Assembly (NCBI GenBank): GCA_050942925.1
Contig: JBMNOF010000004.1
Location: 5,520-69,519 of the forward strand
DNA: 64,000 nt
Source of the DNA: Candidatus Spyradocola sp.
Lineage (GTDB): Bacteria > Bacillota > Clostridia > Christensenellales > UBA1750
Reading direction: 5' to 3'
Part shown: positions 17,676 through 26,052 of the stretch, one piece after another
Position numbering within the stretch: the stretch's first letter is position 1
Layout of the letters: every line of letters begins with the position of its first letter
Notes under the pieces: generated by a model
Database searches by the model: none
Seen by the model: the letters and a program-made list of their open reading frames with translations, nothing else
Told to the model about the DNA's origin: nothing
Position numbers and translations under genes: made by a program

Positions 17676-19196
17676 ATGGCAGGCAAATTGCTCAAGGAAA
17701 ACATCCCCGTGGAACGCCTGGTCGGCCAGGGGAGCGCGCAGGCAACGGCCGAGACCTCGGTCATGCTCTCGGGCGGGGACCGCAATGTCACCATCGTGAG
17801 CTGCCGCGCTCTGCCGTCCATCGGCACGGTAGAGGTGCAGACCGGGGGCGTCGCGGTGCAGGGAACGACGGAATTCTCTGCACTGTACCTGACGCAGGCG
17901 GGAGAGCTCTTTTCCCGCGATGCACAGGCCAGCTTCAGCGCCGTTTTGCAGGTGGAAGACGCCGCCCCGAAGATGCGTGCAACCGTCCGCGCGACAGTGT
18001 GCAGCGTGGAGGCGGAGGAGCGGGACGGCAGGATGGACTTCTCTGCGGCGCTTCGGCTGGAGGGCTTTGTCGCGCAGCCCGCCGTGGAGGCCTTGGCGAC
18101 AAGCGTGGAAGCGCCGGTAGCCATGGCGGAAAAGACCGTGCGCCTGGAAACGCTCAACCAAGTGGCCTATGCCCAGGAGCGCGAGGCGTTTGCGGAAAAC
18201 TTTCCCCTTGCGGACCCGTCCTACACGCGCGTGGTCAGCGCGGATGCAAGGGTGCAGGTGGACAATGTGAACCTGCAGGACGGCGAGGTAGAGGTCACGG
18301 GCTCGGTGACGGTGGACAGCCTTCTTTCCGGAGCGGAGGCGGGCGGTCCCGTCGGTTGGCAGAGCGAGACGCTGCCCTTTTCCGAAGAGATCGAAGGCGA
18401 CGGGTTCCGGCCGGGCGTGCAGGTGTCGGTTTCCGCACACGTGCGCGGACTCAAGAGCGAGGTGGTCTTTAACCGCGAGGACGAGGTGCAGGAGGGAAAC
18501 CTGCGGATTGAATTCGTGCTGGAGCTTGCGGCGGAAGCCAAGGCGGAGGCCGGGGCGGAGGTCCTGGCGGATGCCTATCCCCTGACGGAGGACCCCTTCC
18601 AGGTGATCCAGGAAGACGTGCGCTGCATTCGCTCCGACGAAGCGGTGGAGCAGACGCAGACCCTGCTGCTGGAGGTGGAAATTCCGGCGTCTGCGCCGGG
18701 GCTGGGGGAGATCCTCGGCGCGTTTGCGGCCCCGGTGGCGCTGGACATCGTCGGGGAAGAAAGCGCGCGCGCCGAAGGGCTGATGCGCGTGAGCCTTTTG
18801 TATCGAACCGGGAGCGAAGTGCCGTTGGCCGTCTACACGCGGGAGGCGCCCTTTGCCTTGGAGTTCTCGGAGATCGATGGGCAAGCGGATGTGAGCGCGG
18901 TGGAACTGGGAGAGGTTGCGGCCGAGCGCGTTTCGCAGAACCAGGCGCAGGTCCGCATTCCCTTGACGCTCCGGGCGGAGCGCGTGGGAACGGCGGACGT
19001 CGCGGTCGTGTCCGAGATCTCGGAGGAGGGGGAGCCGGCGGCCCTGCCCGTGGGCGCGGTGCTGTACTACCCCAAGCCGGAGGAGACGCTCTGGGAGGTG
19101 GCCAGGCGCTACCGGATCGCGGAGGAGGAACTCCGCAAGCGGAACCCCGAGGGGAAATCCCCCGTGTTGGTCTACAGGCGCTTGACCTCGTTTTAG
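17676..19196 (+). CDS. SPOCS (DUF3794) repeat protein with C-terminal LysM (SipL/SpoVID-like coat morphogenetic protein)
   Basis: ATG 17676 with AAGGAGG upstream. Three DUF3794-like beta-rich repeats. The C-terminal LYYPKPEETLWEVARRYRIAEEELRKRNP is LysM-like. Confidence 0.75.
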   Translation: MAGKLLKENIPVERLVGQGSAQATAETSVMLSGGDRNVTIVSCRALPSIGTVEVQTGGVAVQGTTEFSALYLTQAGELFSRDAQASFSAVLQVEDAAPKMRATVRATVCSVEAEERDGRMDFSAALRLEGFVAQPAVEALATSVEAPVAMAEKTVRLETLNQVAYAQEREAFAENFPLADPSYTRVVSADARVQVDNVNLQDGEVEVTGSVTVDSLLSGAEAGGPVGWQSETLPFSEEIEGDGFRPGVQVSVSAHVRGLKSEVVFNREDEVQEGNLRIEFVLELAAEAKAEAGAEVLADAYPLTEDPFQVIQEDVRCIRSDEAVEQTQTLLLEVEIPASAPGLGEILGAFAAPVALDIVGEESARAEGLMRVSLLYRTGSEVPLAVYTREAPFALEFSEIDGQADVSAVELGEVAAERVSQNQAQVRIPLTLRAERVGTADVAVVSEISEEGEPAALPVGAVLYYPKPEETLWEVARRYRIAEEELRKRNPEGKSPVLVYRRLTSF

Positions 19197-19245
19197 AAAA
19201 TGTGCTATGCTTTCCCAAGAAGATCAACGCTTGGAGGAAGGCATT

Positions 19246-20112
19246 GTGAAGGAGTATTGCTTGCAGGCGCGCGCCAAGGTCAACCTGACGGTGGATGTGC
19301 TGCGCCGGCGCGCGGACGGATACCACGACGTGGATTTGCTCATGCAGTCCGTGAGCCTTTGCGATACGATCCGCCTGCGCGAGGCGCAGAGCCTGGAATT
19401 GACCATTGAGGGCGCCCTGCGCGCCGAAAAAGACAACCTGATCTTGCGCGCGGCGCGCTTGCTGGCGGAGGAAGCCGGCATCGCGCCGCGCGCGGAGCTT
19501 GTTTTGGAGAAGCACGTGCCCGTTGCGGCAGGCCTGGGCGGAGGCAGCGGAGATGCGGCGGCGGCGCTGGTGGGCCTGAACGAGCTGTGGAATCTGCACT
19601 ATCCCCTTGGCCGCCTGCAGGAGCTGGGCGCGCGCCTGGGCGCGGACGTTCCCTTTTGCATTGCGGGCGGATGCCAGCGCGCGACGGGGATCGGCACGGA
19701 CCTTGCGCCCGTGCGCAGCCGCCTGCCGCTGTACCTGGTGATCCTCAAGCCCTGCGAGGGGCTTTTGACCAAGGAGATCTTTGAGGCCTTGGACATGACG
19801 GCGGTCACTGCGCACCCGGATACGGCCGGCGCGGCGCGGGCCATGGAGGCGGGGAGCGTCCGCGACCTCATTGCCTGCATGGGGAACGTGTTGGAGACAG
19901 TCGCCGTCGTCCGCCGGCCGGCCATCGCCCGCGCGATCGAGGAATTGCTGGCGCGGGGAGCGCTGCATGCGCGCATGTCGGGGAGCGGGTCTGCGGTGTT
20001 TGGGCTGTTCCCCGCATGGGAGCAGGCCGTGGAAACGGCCGTGGAACTCAAGCGCGTCTACCCGGAGTGCTGCGCTGCGCAAAGCGTGGATGCGGGCGTA
20101 AAATTCCTCTGA
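19246..20112 (+). CDS. ispE: 4-(cytidine 5'-diphospho)-2-C-methyl-D-erythritol kinase
   Basis: KVNLTVDVLRRRADGYHDV and the GHMP motif PVAAGLGGGSGDAAA. GTG 19246 follows GGAGGAAGG. The listed ATG 19207 is an alternative start. Confidence 0.9.
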   Translation: MKEYCLQARAKVNLTVDVLRRRADGYHDVDLLMQSVSLCDTIRLREAQSLELTIEGALRAEKDNLILRAARLLAEEAGIAPRAELVLEKHVPVAAGLGGGSGDAAAALVGLNELWNLHYPLGRLQELGARLGADVPFCIAGGCQRATGIGTDLAPVRSRLPLYLVILKPCEGLLTKEIFEALDMTAVTAHPDTAGAARAMEAGSVRDLIACMGNVLETVAVVRRPAIARAIEELLARGALHARMSGSGSAVFGLFPAWEQAVETAVELKRVYPECCAAQSVDAGVKFL

Positions 20113-20129
20113 TGCGCGGCAAGACAACT

Positions 20130-20159
20130 GTATAAAACCGGAAAAACAAGCCAATGCTA
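20130..20159 (+). promoter_or_regulatory. candidate forespore-type (sigma-F/G-like) promoter of spoIIR
   Basis: GTATA (20130-20134), 18 nt, AATGCTA (20153-20159). This resembles the recalled GYATA / CATnnTA-type forespore elements. Confidence 0.3.
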
Positions 20160-20183
20160 CACGGTGAAAGGGGTGAGGAAACC

Positions 20184-20849
20184 GTGAAGCATTGGCTTTT
20201 TGCGTGTATGGTCTTTGGCCTTCTCTGCGCGGTCGTGTATGCGGTGGGGTGGGAACACCCGACGGATCTGCAGGCCGCCGTGCGCAGCGGGGACCTCGTG
20301 CGCATCCACATCCTCGCGCATGACGACACACAGGAGCAGCAGGAGATCAAACTGCATGTCCGCGATGCGATCCTGGCGGCCTTTACGCCGCTTCTGCAGG
20401 GAGCGTCCTCCGGGCAGGAGGCGGCGCAGATCGTGCAGGAGCATCTGGACCTCGCCCAACAGACCGCGGAAGGCGCGGCGGAAGAGATGGGGTTTGCGCA
20501 GGAGGTGCGCGTGGAGTTCGGCGTGTTCCCCTTCCCGGAGCGGACATACGGCACCCAGGTTGTGCCGGCCGGGGAGTATCAGGCCCTGCGCATTCTGCTT
20601 GGCGAGGCAAAGGGGCGCAACTGGTGGTGCGTGATGTATCCGCCGCTGTGCTTTTCCGGAGAGGACTACGAAGGGGAAGTTCGGTTTGAATCCAGCCTGG
20701 CAAAATGGCTGCGAGGAATCAGAGAGGAGATTGCGAATGCGTTTGAGACAACTGCGGAAGATGGCGATGCTTCTGGCGCTTCTGCTTCTGCTGACGGCCG
20801 TGGTTCCGGCAGCGGCGGCGACGACGCTCTATTGGGGAAGCAGCGGTGA
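20184..20849 (+). CDS. spoIIR: stage II sporulation protein R
   Basis: LVRIHILAHDDTQEQQEIKLHVRDAIL...NWWCVMYPPLCF is the SpoIIR signature. GTG 20184 is preferred because ATG 20154 lies in the putative -10. Confidence 0.85.
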   Translation: MKHWLFACMVFGLLCAVVYAVGWEHPTDLQAAVRSGDLVRIHILAHDDTQEQQEIKLHVRDAILAAFTPLLQGASSGQEAAQIVQEHLDLAQQTAEGAAEEMGFAQEVRVEFGVFPFPERTYGTQVVPAGEYQALRILLGEAKGRNWWCVMYPPLCFSGEDYEGEVRFESSLAKWLRGIREEIANAFETTAEDGDASGASASADGRGSGSGGDDALLGKQR

Positions 20850-21405
20850 ACTGGTGCGGCAGGTGCAGCTTAAGCTGCAAAAGTGGGGATACCTAAAGGG
20901 CGCGGCGGACGGCGTGTTTGGCCAGGATACCTATGAGGCTGTGGTCCACTTTCAGAAGAAGAACGGCCTGACGGCGGACGGCGTCGTCGGAGAGTCGACG
21001 TTTGCGGCGCTGGGGATCAACACTTCCTCGAGCGGAAGCACCAGCACGGGCCGCAGCAAGAACTTGGACCTCTTGGCGCGGTTGGTCTATGCAGAAGCAC
21101 GCGGAGAGCCCTATCTTGGGCAGGTAGCCGTGGCGGCCGTCGTGCTCAACCGCGTGGAACACGCCTCCTTCCCCAACACGATCTCCGGCGTCATCTACCA
21201 ATCGGGCGCCTTTGACGTGGTGGCGGATGGGCAGATCAACATGGAACCGGATGCGCAGGCCGTGCGCGCGGCCCAAGACGCCATGAATGGCTGGGACCCC
21301 ACCGGGGGGTGCATCTACTATTACAACCCTGCGCGCACCACGTCCTCGTGGATCTACTCGCGCACGGTGATGACCGTCATCGGCAAGCACTACTTTGCCA
21401 TCTGA
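20737..21405 (+). CDS. sleB: spore cortex-lytic enzyme SleB
   Basis: Signal peptide, PG-binding domain (LQKWGYLKGAADGVFGQDT) and hydrolase-2 domain (ARLVYAEARGEPYLGQVAVAAVVLNRV). ATG 20737 with GAGAGGAGA upstream. Confidence 0.85.
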   Translation: MRLRQLRKMAMLLALLLLLTAVVPAAAATTLYWGSSGELVRQVQLKLQKWGYLKGAADGVFGQDTYEAVVHFQKKNGLTADGVVGESTFAALGINTSSSGSTSTGRSKNLDLLARLVYAEARGEPYLGQVAVAAVVLNRVEHASFPNTISGVIYQSGAFDVVADGQINMEPDAQAVRAAQDAMNGWDPTGGCIYYYNPARTTSSWIYSRTVMTVIGKHYFAI

Positions 21406-21423
21406 CGCGCGAGGAGGATGCAA

Positions 21424-22734
21424 ATGGACAAGAGATGGAAGAACGCGGTCATCGCAGTGTTGACCGTGGTTTTAACCGGAGCGGTCATCTGGGGAATCGT
21501 GGAAAACGTCCGCCAGCGCCGGTACCGGACGCAGCTGCAGGCCATGTATGAGCGGTCCTTCTTCCAGCTGGTGGGGGAGATGGACGATCTGGAGGTAAAA
21601 CTGGGGAAGCTCATGGTCTCGGACGGGGCGAAACAGGATGTGATCCTGCTGTCGGAGGTCTACCGGCAAGCCGATGGTGCGGGGCGGGAGCTGGCCTCCC
21701 TGCCCGGTTCTCATGAGAGCATGGAGGAAGTGCTTGCCTTTGTCAACCGGCTTTCCGAGTTTTCCGGTGCGCTCGCGCAGAAGGTGGCAAAGGGGGAGAG
21801 CATCTCCAAGGAGGAAGAGGAACAGCTGGAATCGCTCCTGGAGCGCTGCCGCGCCCTGAACTACGCGGTGCAGGGCTTGAGCGCCCAAGACGTGGCCAGC
21901 GTTGCGCTCTCCAGCCAGCCGGCCGTGCCGGACGAGGAGAGCGACCCCTATGCGGAGTTCGCCAAGCCCTCCACGCCCGTGCCCTCGCTGATCTATGACG
22001 GCGCCTTCTCGCAGGCAGCTCGGACGGCGCCCAAGGCGCTGGGAACGGAACCCGTGGACGAAAATGCGGCGATGGAAATTGCAAAGGCGTATGTGGGCTT
22101 GGAGCGCGTGCAATCCGTTTCCGTAGAGCAGGGCGTGGAGGGAGAGATCCCCTGCTATGGCGTGGCGGTGGACACGACGGACGCCGGCGTGCTCCACCTG
22201 CAGGTGACAAAGACCGGCGGACACGTGCTGATGATGGTGCCGGAATTCTCCCCGGGGGAGACAAACCACAGCGTGGAGGCATGCCAGGAGAATGCGCTCG
22301 CCTTCCTGCAGAGCCGGCAGTACGGCGAGGTGGAGCCCGCCTATTACCAGGTGAACTTCGGCATGGTGACGTTCAATTTCGTGCCCATGCAGGACGGCGT
22401 CCGGCTGTATCCGGATCTGATCAAAGTGCAGGTCTCCTTGGAGACGGGACTCGTTGTAGGGGTGGAGGCCAACAACTACCTGCGCAACCATGTGCAGAGG
22501 AGCTTTGACGGGGAGAGAATGGACCAGGAAGAAATCGTGGCCCTGGCGCCGTCGCTCGACGTTTCCTCCGTCCGGCTGGCCCTGATCCCCCGATTTGGGC
22601 AGGAAATTCTCTGCTATGAGCTGCGCGGTACGGCCGAAGAGCAGGAGTACCTCGTCTACCTAAACGCCCAGAATGGGTCTGCCGAAGAGATTCTGCAGGT
22701 GGTCATCGAGGAGGAAGGGGAAGCCGTAGTTTAG
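21424..22734 (+). CDS. ypeB: germination protein YpeB
   Basis: It follows sleB. N-terminal TM segment, YERSFFQLVGEMDDLEVKL and C-terminal PepSY-like repeats. ATG 21424 is 6 nt after GAGGAGG, whereas the listed ATG 21418 abuts it. Confidence 0.85.
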   Translation: MDKRWKNAVIAVLTVVLTGAVIWGIVENVRQRRYRTQLQAMYERSFFQLVGEMDDLEVKLGKLMVSDGAKQDVILLSEVYRQADGAGRELASLPGSHESMEEVLAFVNRLSEFSGALAQKVAKGESISKEEEEQLESLLERCRALNYAVQGLSAQDVASVALSSQPAVPDEESDPYAEFAKPSTPVPSLIYDGAFSQAARTAPKALGTEPVDENAAMEIAKAYVGLERVQSVSVEQGVEGEIPCYGVAVDTTDAGVLHLQVTKTGGHVLMMVPEFSPGETNHSVEACQENALAFLQSRQYGEVEPAYYQVNFGMVTFNFVPMQDGVRLYPDLIKVQVSLETGLVVGVEANNYLRNHVQRSFDGERMDQEEIVALAPSLDVSSVRLALIPRFGQEILCYELRGTAEEQEYLVYLNAQNGSAEEILQVVIEEEGEAVV

Positions 22735-22890
22735 TGCGGCGAATCGAATAGACCGCGTTGTTTTTGCAGAGTTTGTGAACAATTGCGTTCCAAATGATGG
22801 AATTGTGTAAAGAGTTTGGGAAAGGTGTTGCATTCTTCCCTGCAATAGAGTACGCTACTCGTAGCGTTTGATGCTGAATGGGAGGAAATC

Positions 22891-23316
22891 ATGGACGATC
22901 AGAAGGTCATCTTGCAGATGACATCTACGCAAGTGCAGGAGGATGGCCAGGAAGCCGTGATGGAACTGACCACAGCCGCTACGCTGCGCAAGACAAAGGA
23001 TGCCGCCGTTCTCAAATACGAGGAGACGGGAGACTCCGGGATTGCGGGCCAGGCTTCTATTGAGATGAAGGGCGACACCGTCATGCTCTCCCGCGAGGGC
23101 GAAGCCTGCATGCACCTGATCCTCAAGCAGGGCTGCAAGTACGTCAGCACCTATTCCACGCCGTTTGGGCGGCTGGACATGGAGGCCCTGCCCACGCGCG
23201 TGATGTACGCCATGACCGAAGCGGAAGGGCGGATCGAGCTGGAGTACCACATGCACGTGCAAAACCAGTACGTCGGTCTGAACCGCGTCAGCGTGCATTT
23301 TCACCACACCGCGTGA
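22891..23316 (+). CDS. DUF1934 domain-containing protein
   Basis: 141 aa. The beta-barrel-like sequence (VMLSREGEACMHLILKQG...YSTPFGRLDM) fits the YwiB/DUF1934 family. GGAGG upstream. Confidence 0.75.
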   Translation: MDDQKVILQMTSTQVQEDGQEAVMELTTAATLRKTKDAAVLKYEETGDSGIAGQASIEMKGDTVMLSREGEACMHLILKQGCKYVSTYSTPFGRLDMEALPTRVMYAMTEAEGRIELEYHMHVQNQYVGLNRVSVHFHHTA

Positions 23317-23828
23317 GAGAGGAACTTGCCGCGCTCTGCCGCCGTCTACAAGAGGAGACAGGCGCGCGCCCCTTTGTGCTGCCGCCGCCCTTTTCCCGCG
23401 GACACTTCCGCCTTTACGGCGCAAAGCCCGTGCAGGATGCGGACTTTCTGGCCAGGGTGGAAGGGGCGAACACGTTTGTAACGATCTCGGACGCCGCGCA
23501 GACGCGCATCCTCCTGGAGATGGAGGAACGGACGCCGCGCGTGGACGTTCTGCCGGAGCGATCGCCGATGGACACGCTCCTCTATCAAATCCTCGCCCAC
23601 GGCTTTTCGCTGGGGGGAGAAGACGCGCCCAGACTCTGCCGCCTGTGCCTGGAGCTGGACGATGACCCTCGGCGCGCCGGACGCGCGATCGAGCGCCTCA
23701 TGGCCGTCATGGGCGCGATGTACGCGGAGTGCCTGCGCGAGGGAAGAAAGTTCTCGATGCTGCCTGCTGCGGCCAGGCAGGTCGTTTGGTATAGACAGAT
23801 CCACTCGACGAAAAAGGGAGGAAATTGA
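23313..23828 (+). CDS. hypothetical protein
   Basis: 171-aa ORF. GTG start overlaps the upstream stop (GTGA), with no Shine-Dalgarno. Codon position 3 is strongly G/C. No family recognised. Confidence 0.55.
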   Translation: MREELAALCRRLQEETGARPFVLPPPFSRGHFRLYGAKPVQDADFLARVEGANTFVTISDAAQTRILLEMEERTPRVDVLPERSPMDTLLYQILAHGFSLGGEDAPRLCRLCLELDDDPRRAGRAIERLMAVMGAMYAECLREGRKFSMLPAAARQVVWYRQIHSTKKGGN

Positions 23829-23830
23829 CA

Positions 23831-24463
23831 GTGAAGATACAGTGGCTTGGACATTCCAGCTTTCGCATTCTCGGCAGCAAGGCCATCGTGACCGATCCCT
23901 ATGGGGACGTCGGTCTGGACTTCCCGGATGTGCGCGCGGACATCGTGACCGTCTCGCACAGCCACTACGATCACAGCGCAGTCGGAGCCGTCAAGGGGGA
24001 GCCCGCCATCGTGGACGACGCTGGGGAGCACAAGATCGCCGACGTGTCCATCACGGGCTACAACACGGCGCACGACGATGAGCAGGGCGCAAAGCGCGGC
24101 CGCAACATCGTCTTTGTCATCCAGATGGATGGCACGCGCGTGGCGCACTTGGGCGACCTGGGCTGCATCCCGGACCACAATGTCCTAGGCGCGCTGCAGA
24201 AGGTGGACGTTCTTCTTCTGCCCGTCGGAGGCAACTATACCATCGACGGCGAGCAGGCCGCGGAGCTGGTCAAGCTCCTTCAGCCCCGCATCACCATCCC
24301 CATGCACTACAAGACGCCCGGCCTGACGGTGGATGTCGGGGGCGTGGAAACGTTCCTGTCCAACGTGGACGGGGAAGTGGAGCGCGTTTCCGGCTCCGAG
24401 CTGGAGATCACGCCCATGATGCCGAAGGTCGTGCTCTTTGAAAAGCCCATGGGGCAGAGATAG
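23831..24463 (+). CDS. MBL-fold metallo-hydrolase (UPF0173-like)
   Basis: KIQWLGHSSFRI...VTVSHSHYDHS motif. GTG 23831 lies 9 nt after GGGAGG. Confidence 0.85.
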   Translation: MKIQWLGHSSFRILGSKAIVTDPYGDVGLDFPDVRADIVTVSHSHYDHSAVGAVKGEPAIVDDAGEHKIADVSITGYNTAHDDEQGAKRGRNIVFVIQMDGTRVAHLGDLGCIPDHNVLGALQKVDVLLLPVGGNYTIDGEQAAELVKLLQPRITIPMHYKTPGLTVDVGGVETFLSNVDGEVERVSGSELEITPMMPKVVLFEKPMGQR

Positions 24464-24480
24464 GGAATCCTCGTTTCGAC

Positions 24481-24511
24481 AAAAAGGATGGCGAAAGCCA
24501 TCCTTTTTTTG
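24481..24511 (+). terminator. rho-independent terminator
   Basis: AGGATGGC-GAAA-GCCATCCT followed by T7. An A-run upstream makes it potentially bidirectional. Confidence 0.85.
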
Positions 24512-24537
24512 CTGCAAGAAATCGAAAAAGCGAGTCG

Positions 24538-24566
24538 TTGACAGAAGGAGAAGGAGCGTTTACAAT
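24538..24566 (+). promoter_or_regulatory. sigma-A type promoter
   Basis: TTGACA (24538-24543), 17 nt, TACAAT (24561-24566). Confidence 0.6.
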
Positions 24567-24606
24567 GATACGGGAAGAAAAAGCGTTTTTGGGGGAGGAC
24601 TGAACA

Positions 24607-26052
24607 ATGTATGATGTGGTCGTCATCGGCGCGGGCGTAATCGGCTGCGCCATTGCGCGGCAACTATCCCGATACAAGGTGCGCGTGGCGGTGCTCGAAG
24701 CGGGGGCGGATGTCGCCACGGGTGCTTCGCGCGCCAATTCCGCCATCGTGCACGCCGGGTATGACTGCGAACCGGGCAGCACCATGGCGCGCGTCAACGT
24801 CGCGGGGAACGCGCTGTATGACGAATGGTGCGAGCAGCTGCACGTGCCGCTCAAGCGCGTGGGCTCGCTGGTGCTGGCGTTTTCCGAGGAGGACATGGCG
24901 CAGGTGCATCGCCTCTACGACAACGGCGTGCAGAACGGCGTGCCGGGTCTTGCGATCTTGGACCGGGCGCAGGCCATGGAGAAGCAGCCCGGCATATCCG
25001 AGGAGGTCGTGGGCGCGCTCTGGGCCCCGACCGGCGCCATCACCTGTCCCTACGAAATGACCATTGCCTGCGCAGAAAATGCGCACGACAACGGCGTGGA
25101 ATTCTACTTTGACTTCCACGCGGAAAAGATCACCACGCTGCGCGACGCCGTGGAGATCGAGAACGACAAGAATGTGCTCTTCCGCTCCCGCTATGTCGTC
25201 AACGCGGCGGGGCTGCATGCGGACGAGATCTCCCGCCTGATGGGGGACGACAGCTTTACCATCACCGGCCGCAAGGGCGAGTACATGCTCCTGGACCGCG
25301 CGGCCTCGGGATTCGTGCAGAGAGTGATCTTCCAGGCGCCCAGCCGTTTGGGCAAGGGCGTGCTCGTCTCGCCCACGGTGGATGGAAACGCCTTTGTCGG
25401 GCCGACGGCGGTGGACAACTCCGGCAAGGAGGATACCTCCGTCACCCGGGAAGGCCTGGAGTTCCTCAAGGCCACGGGCCGGCGCTCCATGCCCGGCGTC
25501 CCGGTCAACCGCCCCATTACTGCCTTTGCGGGGATTCGGGCCATTCCTTCGACGGGCGACTTCATCCTGGGCGTCTCTGCCGCGAATCCGCGCCTGATTC
25601 AGGCGGCGGGCATTTGCTCGCCGGGCCTGAGCAGCGCGCCGGCCATCGCCCAGGAGACAGTGGAGGCGCTGCGCCATGCCGGGCTGTTCCTGCCCGAGCG
25701 CGCGGACTTCCATCCCATTCGGGAGCATGCGAAGCCCTTCCGCAACATGACGGAGGAAGAGCGGGAGCAGGCCATCGCCAAGGATGCGCGCTATGGCCGC
25801 ATCATCTGCCGCTGCGAGACGGTGACGGAGGCGGAGATCGCCCACGCCATCGAGCGAACGCTGGGCAAGCCCACGGTGGATGGCGTCAAGCGCCGGACCC
25901 GGGCGGGCATGGGACGGTGCCAGGGCGGCTTCTGCGCGCCGCGCGTGATGGAGCTAATCGAAAAATATGGCGGAGTTCCCATGGAGAAGATCACCAAGAA
26001 CGGCGGCGCTTCCCGCATGATCGTCGGGCGCACCCGGCAGGAGGAAAAATAA
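24607..26052 (+). CDS. FAD-dependent glycerol-3-phosphate dehydrogenase-like oxidoreductase with BFD-like [2Fe-2S] domain
   Basis: DVVVIGAGVIGCAIA dinucleotide fold. C-terminal CRCETVTEAEI...RAGMGRCQGGFC. Confidence 0.85.
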   Translation: MYDVVVIGAGVIGCAIARQLSRYKVRVAVLEAGADVATGASRANSAIVHAGYDCEPGSTMARVNVAGNALYDEWCEQLHVPLKRVGSLVLAFSEEDMAQVHRLYDNGVQNGVPGLAILDRAQAMEKQPGISEEVVGALWAPTGAITCPYEMTIACAENAHDNGVEFYFDFHAEKITTLRDAVEIENDKNVLFRSRYVVNAAGLHADEISRLMGDDSFTITGRKGEYMLLDRAASGFVQRVIFQAPSRLGKGVLVSPTVDGNAFVGPTAVDNSGKEDTSVTREGLEFLKATGRRSMPGVPVNRPITAFAGIRAIPSTGDFILGVSAANPRLIQAAGICSPGLSSAPAIAQETVEALRHAGLFLPERADFHPIREHAKPFRNMTEEEREQAIAKDARYGRIICRCETVTEAEIAHAIERTLGKPTVDGVKRRTRAGMGRCQGGFCAPRVMELIEKYGGVPMEKITKNGGASRMIVGRTRQEEK

